Of a stretch of 64,000 nt of DNA, positions 53,039 to 64,000 are shown one piece after another. The translations under genes were made by a program, and so were the position numbers. Under the pieces are notes generated by a model. That model was not told the DNA's origin, did not search any database, and was given only the letters and a program-made list of their open reading frames with translations. Numbering within the stretch: the stretch's first letter is position 1; every line of letters starts with the position of its first letter. This stretch comes from Lytechinus pictus (Eukaryota). The DNA lies in the NCBI RefSeq assembly GCF_037042905.1, contig NC_087251.1:28088001-28152000 (forward strand), written 5' to 3'.

Positions 53039-56000
53039 TACTACAAATCTTGCATCCGATTGGCTGAGGGCCAATTAGTGGGTGAAAATAACTGACAAAT
53101 CTTTACATGAAACACTTCCCTCATTACATGGATTTTCAGCTTAGACAAAACTAATTAATAATCAATCAATAAATAACCATAGATTATGAAAATCTCTTCT
53201 GGAAGTTGCCCAAGAATACCTGATGATTTATTATGCACATAGGCCTATAATACACCTGCCTGAGGTGGATTTCTGGTAGTTAGAGTGTGCAGCAATACAT
53301 TTTGCATTCCTAAAATAAAGGATTTTTTTTTTGGGGGGGGGGGGGGGCTAAGTGTCTTATCAAAAATCAATTTTTTTTTCTATACAAAACAGTATTTTCA
53401 ACTAATCATGTTGCAATCATATAGTTATAAGCTGTGAAATTGTTACTTGAATTCAACAATATACTTGTACTTCATTGCTACTTTTCTGATTACCATACTT
53501 TTGAAAATGAAATCACATTACCAGAATTCTACTGTATCTTTAAGAATGATGTATGATTCTGAATACGCAGCTTAAGTATGTTTCAACAGACCTTGTTTGG
53601 TGAATAAACATTGCAGTATATGAATGTTACCAGTTCTGTCTCCCATTCTCATCACAGTCATACTCTCTTAAGTCTAAGTAATCATAAGAAACTTCAATTT
53701 CACATTTTTTTTCTTTTGCAGTGGCTTGAATATCTCTTGAAATTCAATTGCCGAGTTTGAAGGATTGTTGTAATCCATACCTCTAAACAAATATTCTTTT
53801 AAACCCTGTTTCATAAAATGTGTTATCTATTATGACATGTTGCGAACTGCTGTTATAAGCTACTGATATTTTACCTCTAAATTGGCTGAGACCAACTTTG
53901 TCAGCTACTTGATTAACATGTTTTTTTATTGCCCTGGGTATCGTTTCATTAAACTTCTCATAACAAACTTTCTGTACTGATATTGTTGCAAACGATGTGT
54001 TGATTTTTGTCATAATTTGTTAATTTTTCTGTCATATTTGTCTCATTTTTTGTTGATAATAGGTTATATCAAATGAGACCCAGATGTGCTCCCAGATCAC
54101 TAGTAATATCATGGTAACATTGTTGACCAGTCAGTTAAAAGCATGATTTGGAGATTCCATTGATGGAAAAAAAATTACCCGTAACGATTTATTTGAGTTA
54201 AGTTTGAAGAATAATTAGGTTTATTTTTAATTTACTATATTTAGAGAGTGTGACTGTGTATGTTCTCAAGACTGTAGACTTGTGATCATGTTCTAGGGCC
54301 AGTTAGAGAAATGTATGCATTAAAACGCAACTAAAAAACCAAGCTCAACTCCCTATTACACACATTTAATTGGTTGAAGTCAAGTTGTGTTTGATCATAT
54401 CTCTTAAGGACGCTGGAAATCCTATAACCTAAGAAAGGATCATACCCATTAAGAAATCTGCCTCTGTGTATTGTAGAGCATAATTTTGTTGGAGAATGAG
54501 AAGTGAGTTATTAGCAGTTTGATCAATAATGGCAGAAATAGGCTAAATGTACTCCTTGAGATGGTAAGAAGAATGAACACATATGGGTGAAAAGGAATGG
54601 GAGTTGATAAAAGAGGAGGAAGATAACGAAAGAAGGGGAGTGGAAGATAGACAAATTTAAAGATATTTTAAAGGTGCATGCAGAGGAAAAGAAGTAGAAG
54701 AGGTAGGAGGAGGGGGAGAAGAAGATGAAGATTATGGTGATGATGGTGATGCAAAAGAACATTATGAAAGGAGGGAGAAAGAGAAGAATGTAGAAGAGGG
54801 GAAAGAGCAGGAGGAATAGGAAGAGGAAGTGAAAAGGTGACTAGGGAGGATATGTGAAGGATAGATGCCACAAAGTAGATGTAAATTGTAAACAGTCTGC
54901 AAGTTCAGAATATTACTTACACAGTATTAGTTTGCATTCAAGATGGCTATAAATGTAGATCCAGATATTTTCTGAGAAAAAAAATGATTAAAAAAAGAAC
55001 CACAAGGAAACAAACCAAACTGAATTCCTGAAACAACATCAAAGTTGAAATAGTCATTGCACTTTATGAAATTCTTTAACAGCTAGATCTCAGATATTTA
55101 TCTTCCTAGCATTATAGGTGGAAGTAATTAATAAGATGTATCAGCATTGATTTTCTGTGCATCCAGATATATCCCCTTGCCCTTTATCAAGGCTTCTACC
55201 ATTCCAGGTTCACTGTGTCAGTTAGTATTGATTTCTATATGAAAGATAGACAGGTCAGAGAGGGTTTGCATGTCTCAGCTACTATTCTATGCAGACAGAA
55301 TTTTCATATATTTACTTTTCTATTTATTATTTTTTTCTTATTATGATTTAGAATTTAGAATATGTATTTATTCATTTTATCATTTATTGATTTATTGACA
55401 TATTACTGTATTGATTTATTTCTTTATTTGTTTATTCATTAATATGTTTATTTATAGATTCATTTTTGTTTGTTTGATTTATTTAATTGTTCTCATTTAT
55501 TGACCTATGCCACTGTTTTGTGCAAAAAGTAGTATTTGATTTTCCATTTAAGGTGCATCCATTCGTGGTATTCCCTTAAGCCATGAATTAGTTCATCCAA
55601 CTGCATCATATCATCATCTCGTCTCTGTATTCTGTAAACAACGCACCTGCCTCCCCATGAGAGTACTTTGTATACAGAATCCACCATTCGATATGAATTA
55701 AAAGACGGCTAATCCTGTTTCTATTGATGAATGAAGCAAGGCTCTCACCTTGCATAACAAACCTTGGCCAAGAATGAAAAAAGCCTGACCTTGTTTGGCT
55801 AAAAAGGAAGAGATGCCTGCCTTAAGATGTTTAAAGGGAGGACCATTGTGAAGTGAAGTTTGTATTTACACAAGCAGAAAATTATAGTCCAATCACAAGT
55901 TAACAAAGAATGTTATCAGTATTTTGATTTGAATTAAATTTCCAAATACCTTTCATAGGAAAAATTAAATGCATCTGTTGTAGGGCAGTTCGCCATGGTG

Positions 56001-57689
56001 TTTAGTTTGTTTTGAACTAAAAATGACGGGAACAGGATTAAAACAGAAGAAACTTACATAATAATTAATATTTGATTTTAATTCACGATTTCAAAAATCT
56101 GAAATTTTGTATATTGCATTTAATATCCTACTCACAACCTATCCCGTTTGGCCTATCTTTGCTGAAAACAAAAATTAGAAGTTTACAGTAGTTTCCACCC
56201 TTTTTGGTTGTGTCTTTTAATATCCTGAATGAAATTATTTCCATTTGAGATAAAAACTTGAAAATTGAAAGATGAAGTTCATGACCTAATTTTTAATATC
56301 TACATATTTATCTGAATTGAATTCAAATAAATACTGTCGCCTATAATATTTACTCTGTGTACAATAGCATGCATATATACAATGCATACCAGACATAATA
56401 ACCATAGGTCTAGTGTGACAATATCCATCAGGGATCAAAAGGTTCAATTGTTAGTCATAAATTTATTTGCCATACAGGGGAGGGATCACCCATTTGATGG
56501 CCATTTGTTCCAACGTGATGATATGTTTTCTTATTTTTATTTTTTATTTGTATTTGGTTTAAAACATAGATGGAGGTATTCATGTTTCTCCTGTTAGAGT
56601 ACATTTATTAGGAGGGTGAAGTGGAGTGGGGGCGAGGGGAGGGGGTCATGACTAATTTACATTTTACTCAAGTCCTACTACATTTCCTGAATGTCACAAT
56701 GACACTAAACCTAACCATACTCTCCTTCTCCAGCAATGGAATGTCAAAGCTCATTGATGCTGTTGGGTCCTGTAACAAAAGATACAACCAATTGTACATT
56801 AGATTTTGATTTCAAAACGATAACAAGCATTGAAGGAGTAAAAAGTACACAAATAAAATTATTGAAAATCTAGTTGTGTCATCATGTCTTACCAGCAAAA
56901 GCTAACCCTTTAAAAATAAATTTGTATGGTCCTACTTGTGTGCGCCTGGCCCCTCCCTTCCGGGAGTAAATGTCCTTATGTTCAATTCTTTTAATGAATC
57001 AAATAAGATTGTTTTGACAGATGCACTCCTTATGCTTGATAATTACAAGGAATTAATTTTGTACAAATATAGGGAAATAACACACACAAAGGAACAGTGC
57101 ATTGGGAAATGTGCTGAGAGGGTTAACAAGATTCTGATATGAGGTGGTTTTCTTGATCCCTAAGCTAAGGTCTCACTGCATATCCAACCAAGGCACATGT
57201 CATGTGACCAGGCAATATCTGAAGTTAATGAGTACCTCGAGCATGGTTTCTACCTTCATGTATGAATGAACGGCCTTTCACATTAATGTTCACTTTGGTG
57301 CATGACTTGCTCTCAAACTCAATTTGGAGCCAAAAATTCATTTAAAATAATTTACAAGAAATTATGACTTCAACGGAGTATAAAAATTGAGAGTGCATCA
57401 GGGTCAGGGGCTGAGAAGAATCAATATAATCAATAATAAGGGGAACAAGTAAATTATTTTTCTGAAATAATTCAGATATCCTTTTGCTCATACATGGAAA
57501 ACCATATCAAGTTGGATGTCCATGCACTACTATAGTATACATTTAGTGCTTTGAAAAATTAATTTCTATTTTCTTGAATTTTTTTGAATGTGTGGAAATT
57601 GTTATTGTTTAATCTTCTTTTTGATTTCCTTTTCTTCTTGTGCTCTTTCTTTATTTTTCCTTACATCCTTCATATCTTGGTAAATTGCT

Positions 57690-58060
57690 GATTCATCCAC
57701 CGCCAACTTGTCCACTCACCACATGGTCTACCTTCATTTAGTCTAATGCCATTCCATCCATCAACATTTCGTCTATCAACCATTTGGTCTAGTCATCACT
57801 CCGTCTAATCACCATTTTGTCTATTACATTTTCGTCTAATAAGCAGTTGGTCTAACACCCATTTTCTTTTCATTCATTTTGCACAATTAAGAATTTAGTT
57901 TAATTAGACCAAATGGTATATGGACTAAATGGCTATTGGACCAACTGGTTATTAGACGGAATGGCATTAGACTAAAGAAAAGACCATGTGGTGAGTAGAC
58001 GAACTGATGATAGACCAATTGGTAGTAGACGAGTGTGGCAGTTGGACGAATTGGAAATAA
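57690..58060. mobile_element. Fold-back MITE with gtcta/tagac repeats
   Basis: Left half has repeated gtcta and right half repeated tagac; actcaccacatggtct is mirrored by agaccatgtggtgagt. Confidence 0.7.
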
Positions 58061-58229
58061 ACCCATATCTTCCCCACCTCCCTTTCTTTCTCTCTTGCTC
58101 ACTATTCACTTCTACCCATCTCATTATCACTGTTTGTTCTCAACCTCCTCCCTTAACTTTTTAATAGATTTTTGCTTTCCTTGCTTCAACTGTATGGAAG
58201 ATTCGTTAAATCAATGATCAAGTAAAAAA

Positions 58230-58720
58230 AAATGAAGGAAAATAGAAAGTCAAAAGGATTGAAAGAAATGGACAAGACAGAAACATATGAAAGGAGAGAG
58301 ATGAAGAAAAAGAGACGATGAAGAAATGAAAGACATAAAGACATGTGAAAGAAAAAAAAAGATAGGGGAAGAGAGATTAGTAAGTGGCAATATATTTGAA
58401 AAATTATGAGATGGAAAGGAAAGAAAGGGAGAGAGAAAGAGAGGGGGTGTGAGATGCGAATAGACAGGACAAGAAGATAAATGAGGAGAGAGGAATAAGA
58501 CAAAGTGATCAGACAAAGTAATATAAGAGACTGAATATTCAAGTGAGAGGTGATAAACGAGAGAAATAGAACACGGTATAAGGGAAGAGAGAGATGGAGA
58601 GAGAAGGATCGAGTTAGGAGTTGTATAGAAGAGTGGCATACAAGAAAAAAAAGAGGAAGAAAATCAGAGATGAAAAAACAGAGGAAGGGAAAAGAGTAAT
58701 CAGGGAGAAAAAAAGAACCA
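58230..58720. repeat. GA-rich low-complexity tract (a similar tract lies at ~54600-54860)
   Basis: Polypurine composition. Confidence 0.8.
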
Positions 58721-58771
58721 GGGGGCCGGAACACAAAACTTAGCAATTTGGTCATAATTGATTGCACTTAA

Positions 58772-59356
58772 AGGTCAAGTCCACCCCAGAAAAATGTTGA
58801 TTTGAATAAATAGAGAAAATCAACCTAGCAGAACGCTGAAAATTTCATCAAAATCGGATGTAAAATAAGAAAGTTATGACATTTTAAAGTTTCGCTTATT
58901 TAAAAAAAAAACAGTGACATGCAAATGAGACAGTCGATGATGTCCTTCACTCACTATTTCTTTTGTTTTTTATTGTTTGAATTATACAATATTTCATTTT
59001 TTACAAATTTGACAATATGGACCAACTTGACTGAACCATATAGTATTAAACAATGCTAATTCCATATGCTCAGGGAGGAATTATTGTTGTTTCACTTGAC
59101 TATGAGGAGAAAATTACAATATTTCATATTTCATATAATAAAATAAAAAAGAAATAGTGAGTGGATGATGTCATCAGTCTTCTCATTTGATTACCGACCA
59201 GGATGTGCATATAATTGTTTTGTGAAATTAAGCGAAACTTTAAAATGTCATAACTTTCTTATTTTACATCCGATTTTGATGAAATTTTCAGTGTTATGTT
59301 TGTTGGATTTGTCTCTTTTTATGCAAATAAACTTTTTGTTGGTGTGGACTTGTCCT
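58772..59356. mobile_element. Kolobok-like MITE, family A
   Basis: TTAA|AGGTCAAGTCCAC...GTGGACTTGTCCT|TTAA. Confidence 0.9.
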
Positions 59357-60168
59357 TTAATGATCCTTGTTATCAAGGATAAAAATCAGCTCTATGATCA
59401 ACCTTTGTGTTACATAGCCTCGGAAGAAGACAGGCAAAGTCCATGATGTTGTCCAATGACAAAAGGAAGCAACTCTTTGAAATTAGTTTCTTAGTAAAGG
59501 AGGAAATTTTGTCATTATTTCATGTTGAAATATTTAGTTACTTTTATTTTGGAACATCTATACATTTCAGATATTGGGGGCTAAATGAGCATACAAGAAA
59601 TATCACAAATCAAGAAAAAAAAAATCATTTTTTAAGAAGGTGCAAGTTGCTTCCTTTTGTCATTGGACTGCAGCGTGGCTTATAAAATTTTACAGAAAGA
59701 TGGAAACATTTGTTGCATTCTATTTATTCTCATGATTTAAAAAAAACCCACATAAAACATGAGAACAGAGATTTAGAAAAGAAAGCAAGTTTATTGGCAC
59801 AAATATGTGAACAAAACACTTAATTGTATTACATAATATTTGGAGGATAATACTTTTATGGTTTACATCAGGGACACAATTATAACTGTTATCTCTATTT
59901 ACCAGTCGTAAGTTAGTCAATAATCTAGACAAAGGCTGCAGCTATACTTGTATCTTTGCTGTTATGCTTAAACAAGAGTGAGCGCAAAGCAACCACCGCC
60001 TATACCTGCTTGTCTTGCTTTGGTTGATGTTTTCTTATTATCAACTAATGTACGAAAAACCTGCACCAATTCTTTGTCGATAAAATTATAATGACTAAAG
60101 CAAGACTAGAGGGTATAAGCTTTATCAGTTGTAGGCATTGATTACATTTAGTGTAACAGCAAAGATAT

Positions 60169-60366
60169 CCCCAACAGAAATTTTAGCCTGCTGCAAGCTA
60201 GTCACTAACTAGTGGTGTACTTAAAATGCGATTGGAAGGTAGCAAACAGTACATGCTCGCTAAATGATCACTTATTTCTCTGGATGCCTATAAGCTTGTA
60301 AGGTTATCCTTTTGGTAGTCACTAGCTTGCTGCTAGCGAATGACTATCTTGACATTTCTGTAAGGG
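60169..60366. mobile_element. Small MITE, possibly nested in an older inverted-repeat element (~59935-60378)
   Basis: at|ccccaacagaaat...atttctgtaaggg|at; outer IR tatctttgctgtta / taacagcaaagata. Confidence 0.5.
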
Positions 60367-61725
60367 ATAGCTTGCAGTCACTGCCTAGATTATAGGCTAG
60401 TCCTAGGTACATTGAATCACAATTTAATATCATGACAGTAAACATCATAATTGAATACTACAGTTCATTGCTCTTTGAACACCACACTAAAAAGAGTATG
60501 ACTTTCACAAATTGTAACATATTATCAAAATTATTCTTATGATTCATTGAACATAGAGATTCAGTTGATTTTTAGTTGTGTTTGATTGCAGCTCTTGAGT
60601 TCCAGATGCAGCAAGCTTTGGTTAGGTTAGATACTGACCACAAACTGCCAATAATCTACATCACCAAGCTCAGATCATTAATGGCAATAAAATCTACATT
60701 TGGGTAATGACAGTGAGATTTTAACAACCTACGCAGTCCATGAATAGCCTGGTTATCAAAAATTATTTTGAACGTGTTTCAACCACCAAAGATTTGTGCA
60801 TGCCAGTACTCTGAATTTATACTTCTTTTGAATTTGGTACTTGACTGATTTAATCTAAACTTTGTATAGCTTCTGATAGCGAATGTGCCCCGATATGCTG
60901 TGTGCACTACACTTCATCTTATAATATAAAGACAAAGTATGCATCTCATACTACCTGTATAATGTTGATTTCACAATATCAGGAACAAGACTCAAACACA
61001 AAATTCTACTTTGTCTACTGGTTTGCCTCTTACTCTTTATATTTTTGTTATGGACAATAGATGACAATACAATTTGTTGCATTACTAGTTTGGTATTTTT
61101 GATTTTTTAATCAGGCAAAAATGGAAATAATTGTTATAATTAACCAAGGAAGATGTGCGTGCTTGAGATGTTGTTTTGTTTTAAGTATATTGGAGATTGG
61201 GGCAGTAAATAATGGCGTTGTGTTTTATTGCTCTATGTACAATTTTTTGGATGGGATCTAGTTTCCAAAGTTTTACATATACCCACTAGACATTTTTCAT
61301 TTGGCAATTATTTATTTTACATGCCTGTTAATGATGATGAGTTCTCTTTTTCTTCTTTGGAGATTTGAGCTGTAAAAATACAAAATACTATTTCCAAATC
61401 GGCAAAATAAAGTCACAAATTCACCTCTCACTTGCTTCAGTTAGATTTCTAAACAATAATCACTCGGCACCAAAATATATGCCACTGCTTGACAATTTAA
61501 GGTATGATAAGCAAACGTACAATATATGAGACGGAAGCACAAATAATTAAATGAATACTAAATTCAAAACCAATGCAAATTATGGAGTTGCTGTTTAAAA
61601 ATGATTTTAATCTACAATGGTATATTATACATTTGAGCAACCAATGGAGGGCGGTGATAGATGAAAGCAGGGGTTAGATGTAGAAAAGGGAGAATAATTT
61701 GCAAATATGCGGATGCTGGTGATGA

Positions 61726-62647
61726 TTACTGTGGTTGTTGATTTGGATTGACCATATCTTGGTTTGGAACGCCATGGTAGCCTTCAGGAGGTCCTTGCCT
61801 TGGAATGGGCGCTCCCATCGCCCCATTGGTAGGTCGTTCCTGGATGTTCTCCTGGTTCATGTGTGGTGAGACTGCATAGTGGGGAGCAGAAGTATTGACT
61901 GAAGGTGGAGGATGAGCCACTTCTGCAGGGGGTGGTGCCACTGGGGCAATGCTCTCGGGAAGTGGGTCTGGAACAGCGGCTTGGGTAGGAGGAGGAACCA
62001 CTACAGAAGTAGGAGCAGAGGTTCCACTAGGACCAGGCGCGGCAGTATCCATCTCATTTCCGTCATCTTCGTCATCATCCAGACCTTCATCCTCATCTTC
62101 GTCACCTTCATCATCCACAGCTCTTCCTTTGCCACTCTTGGAGTCGTACAACAGCTCTATCTTCTTCACCCAGTATTCCTTCTGGAGAGCCATGATATCT
62201 CTTTCTGTTTTCAAGTTCTGCATCTTTGTTTTATGCTCTGTGTTAAGGAGATTCATCCTCTTCTTGTGCTCAATAATATGAAGATTGAGGATTTCCTGTT
62301 GGATCGCATCAGTAAGAGCGTTTCCTCCGGCTGCCATTTGATAATTAGAGGTTTGGTATACTTCCTCCTGCTGTTCTGCTTTGCGTTTCCGAGCCTTCTT
62401 TTCCTGCTCCACTTTCTTTGCTTGGGCAGCTTGAGCTCTGGCTGATGTTCGGGTAGGTGTTTTGCCAGAGCTTCTCCCAGATGATGACCTGCGGCCGCGT
62501 TTCCTGGGAGTCTTTCTTGCTGATGGTGCATAATCCTCATCCTTTTCATCATCTGGAAGTTCAGGTTCAGAATCGCTTCTCATTTCACCTTCAAAGCTAC
62601 CTTCTTCGTCATAGTCACCAGGGTTGTCCTCCATGGCTAGAGTGTTG
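61726..62647 (-). CDS. Terminal exon of a Myb/SANT-like (MSANTD-type) nuclear protein: acidic and basic tracts, coiled coil, Pro-rich tail
   Basis: Acceptor cattttcctctcttccag| (phase 2) in frame with the upstream exon; RKTPRKRGRR; heptads EHKKRMNLLNTEHKTKMQNLKTE..MALQKEYW. Confidence 0.85.
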
Positions 62648-62981
62648 CTGGAAGAGAGGAAAATGAATTTCAATTTATTTTTTTCCCACCACTTTAAGCA
62701 ATTAAGCAAAACTTTTAAATGTAATAACCTCTTTATTTTGAATTTTCTGTGTTTTGTAATGACGATTTCATTTTTCTTAATTTATTGAAATAAAATTTTT
62801 GTTGGGGTAGATTTCGATCTTCAGCATAGATGTAGAGTTTGCTTGTGAATTTATGGACTGATGAAATCTGTGCTTGACTTGCCACCTTGATGCACCCCTC
62901 TCTGCTGGATGTATGTACAGAATTATGGAACCATTTGTGAATAGTCATCATCCTGTTAAATTATCAGATTGATGAACTTAC

Positions 62982-63311
62982 TCATACACTCCTTGCTGGT
63001 ATTCTTCATTGATTCTCCTAGCAGTCTCCTTGAGTTCCTGGCACAGTTCAGGCTGGTACCTGAACTCCGGATGATCCTCTGTCCAGTCATTTTCCTCATT
63101 GTCCTGGTCACCAAGCCCATCGTCCAGGTCAATGGACATCAGTCGACAGATCTTCCTGGAGAGGAGTGTCATGTTGTGACGTTTGCCTACCATCTTGGCT
63201 TCCATGTACTGTTTGTATTCCTTCCGAGCGGCCTGGACCAAGTTCTTCCACTGGGTGCGGCATTTCTCACCACCCTTCCCCCTCACAAGGTGCTCTTCAA
63301 GAGGACCAAAT
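62982..63311 (-). CDS. Internal exon encoding the C-terminal helix of a Myb/SANT-like (trihelix/MADF-type) domain
   Basis: Acceptor ttcttctcattcag| and donor GA|GTAAGT, both phase 2; R....EKCRTQWKNLVQAARKEY; the 5' exons were not found in the window. Confidence 0.8.
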
Positions 63312-63644
63312 CTGAATGAGAAGAATGAACATTGTTGACAGTCCACTCATGGGGGGGGGGGTGGATGGGCATGAATTACCCTTTGAATTTCAAATTATAT
63401 AACGCAACCTATGAAAAAGGGTTCCCCCCTCCCATTGTGCATGAGTTGCTCTCGGATGGAAATGCCAAAGGCATTTTCTCTCTGTTTATGGAAATTGGCA
63501 AATTTCTAACTTCAAAGTTAATCCTATTTCTTTCAGGTAAAAAACTTGAAGAAAAAAAAATACAGTATTGAATAGAAAAAATGCTGTTGCCAATTTGAAG
63601 ACTAAAAGCTGATCAAATGTGACTTCAAATATTCCATTTGTTAA

Positions 63645-64000
63645 CCCTTATTAAAAGGGGGGGGTCAATTTGACCCTCCCCCCCTTGACAAATTTTGTCA
63701 CTACATTACGCTGTCGCATGAAACTTTTTGACTGCTCCACTTGCTGACTTTTTACTTTCAAGTCTTGCGCATCTTTTGAGACCAAATTTGCGACGCCCAG
63801 GTATGCGGCACCGAAATCACGCAACAGTTTTTAAGTGCATGTCAGAGGCAAAAACATACACAAAAAAACAATCTAGGGCAAAATTTATACGCTTATTTGC
63901 ATAATTAATAAAAAATATAAACAATAAATTTTTTGAAAATTTTACTGTAGTCTTGCAGTTTACATCCGGCTCTACGCGCCGCATACATTCATAATTTCGA
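63645..64000. mobile_element. Left end of a probable piggyBac-type non-autonomous element
   Basis: TTAA|CCCT terminus followed by the palindrome ggggtcaatttgaccc; the other end is not in the window. Confidence 0.45.

Noticed and set aside
61912..62666. + strand ORFs overlapping the Myb/SANT-like gene (and + strand ORFs at 33693-34817 over the transposase)
   Set aside because: Antisense shadows of real coding exons
62648..62709. N-terminus of the 327-aa ORF (and the start of the 122-aa ORF at 63312-63346)
   Set aside because: Intronic sequence upstream of consensus splice acceptors

Overview
AT-rich, repeat-dense eukaryotic (animal) genomic DNA with spliceosomal introns. The repeat repertoire suggests an echinoderm, probably a sea urchin (inference). 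Three protein-coding units are supportable. (1) A + strand gene with a TATA/GC/CCAAT promoter near 8.0 kb, probable non-coding 5' exons, and a first coding exon (14898-15657) encoding a probable signal peptide plus one complete DNRLRE/CBM96-like domain, a module best known from bacterial and archaeal surface proteins. No further exon of this gene was recognised in the window. (2) A structurally complete 4,051-bp piggyBac transposon (32633-36683; TTAA TSD, 12-bp TIRs) whose intact 616-aa DDD transposase is split by a 730-nt GT-AG intron. (3) The last two exons of a - strand Myb/SANT-like plus coiled-coil gene (63311-61726). The remainder holds many non-autonomous elements: Harbinger-like, Kolobok-like, Tc1/mariner, a P-like element with 31-bp TIRs and 7-bp TSD, a Helentron/DINE-like element, tRNA-derived SINEs and an L1/Tx1 fragment. 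Several are nested, and two copies of one family form a large inverted pair. Most short ORFs in the track are spurious.
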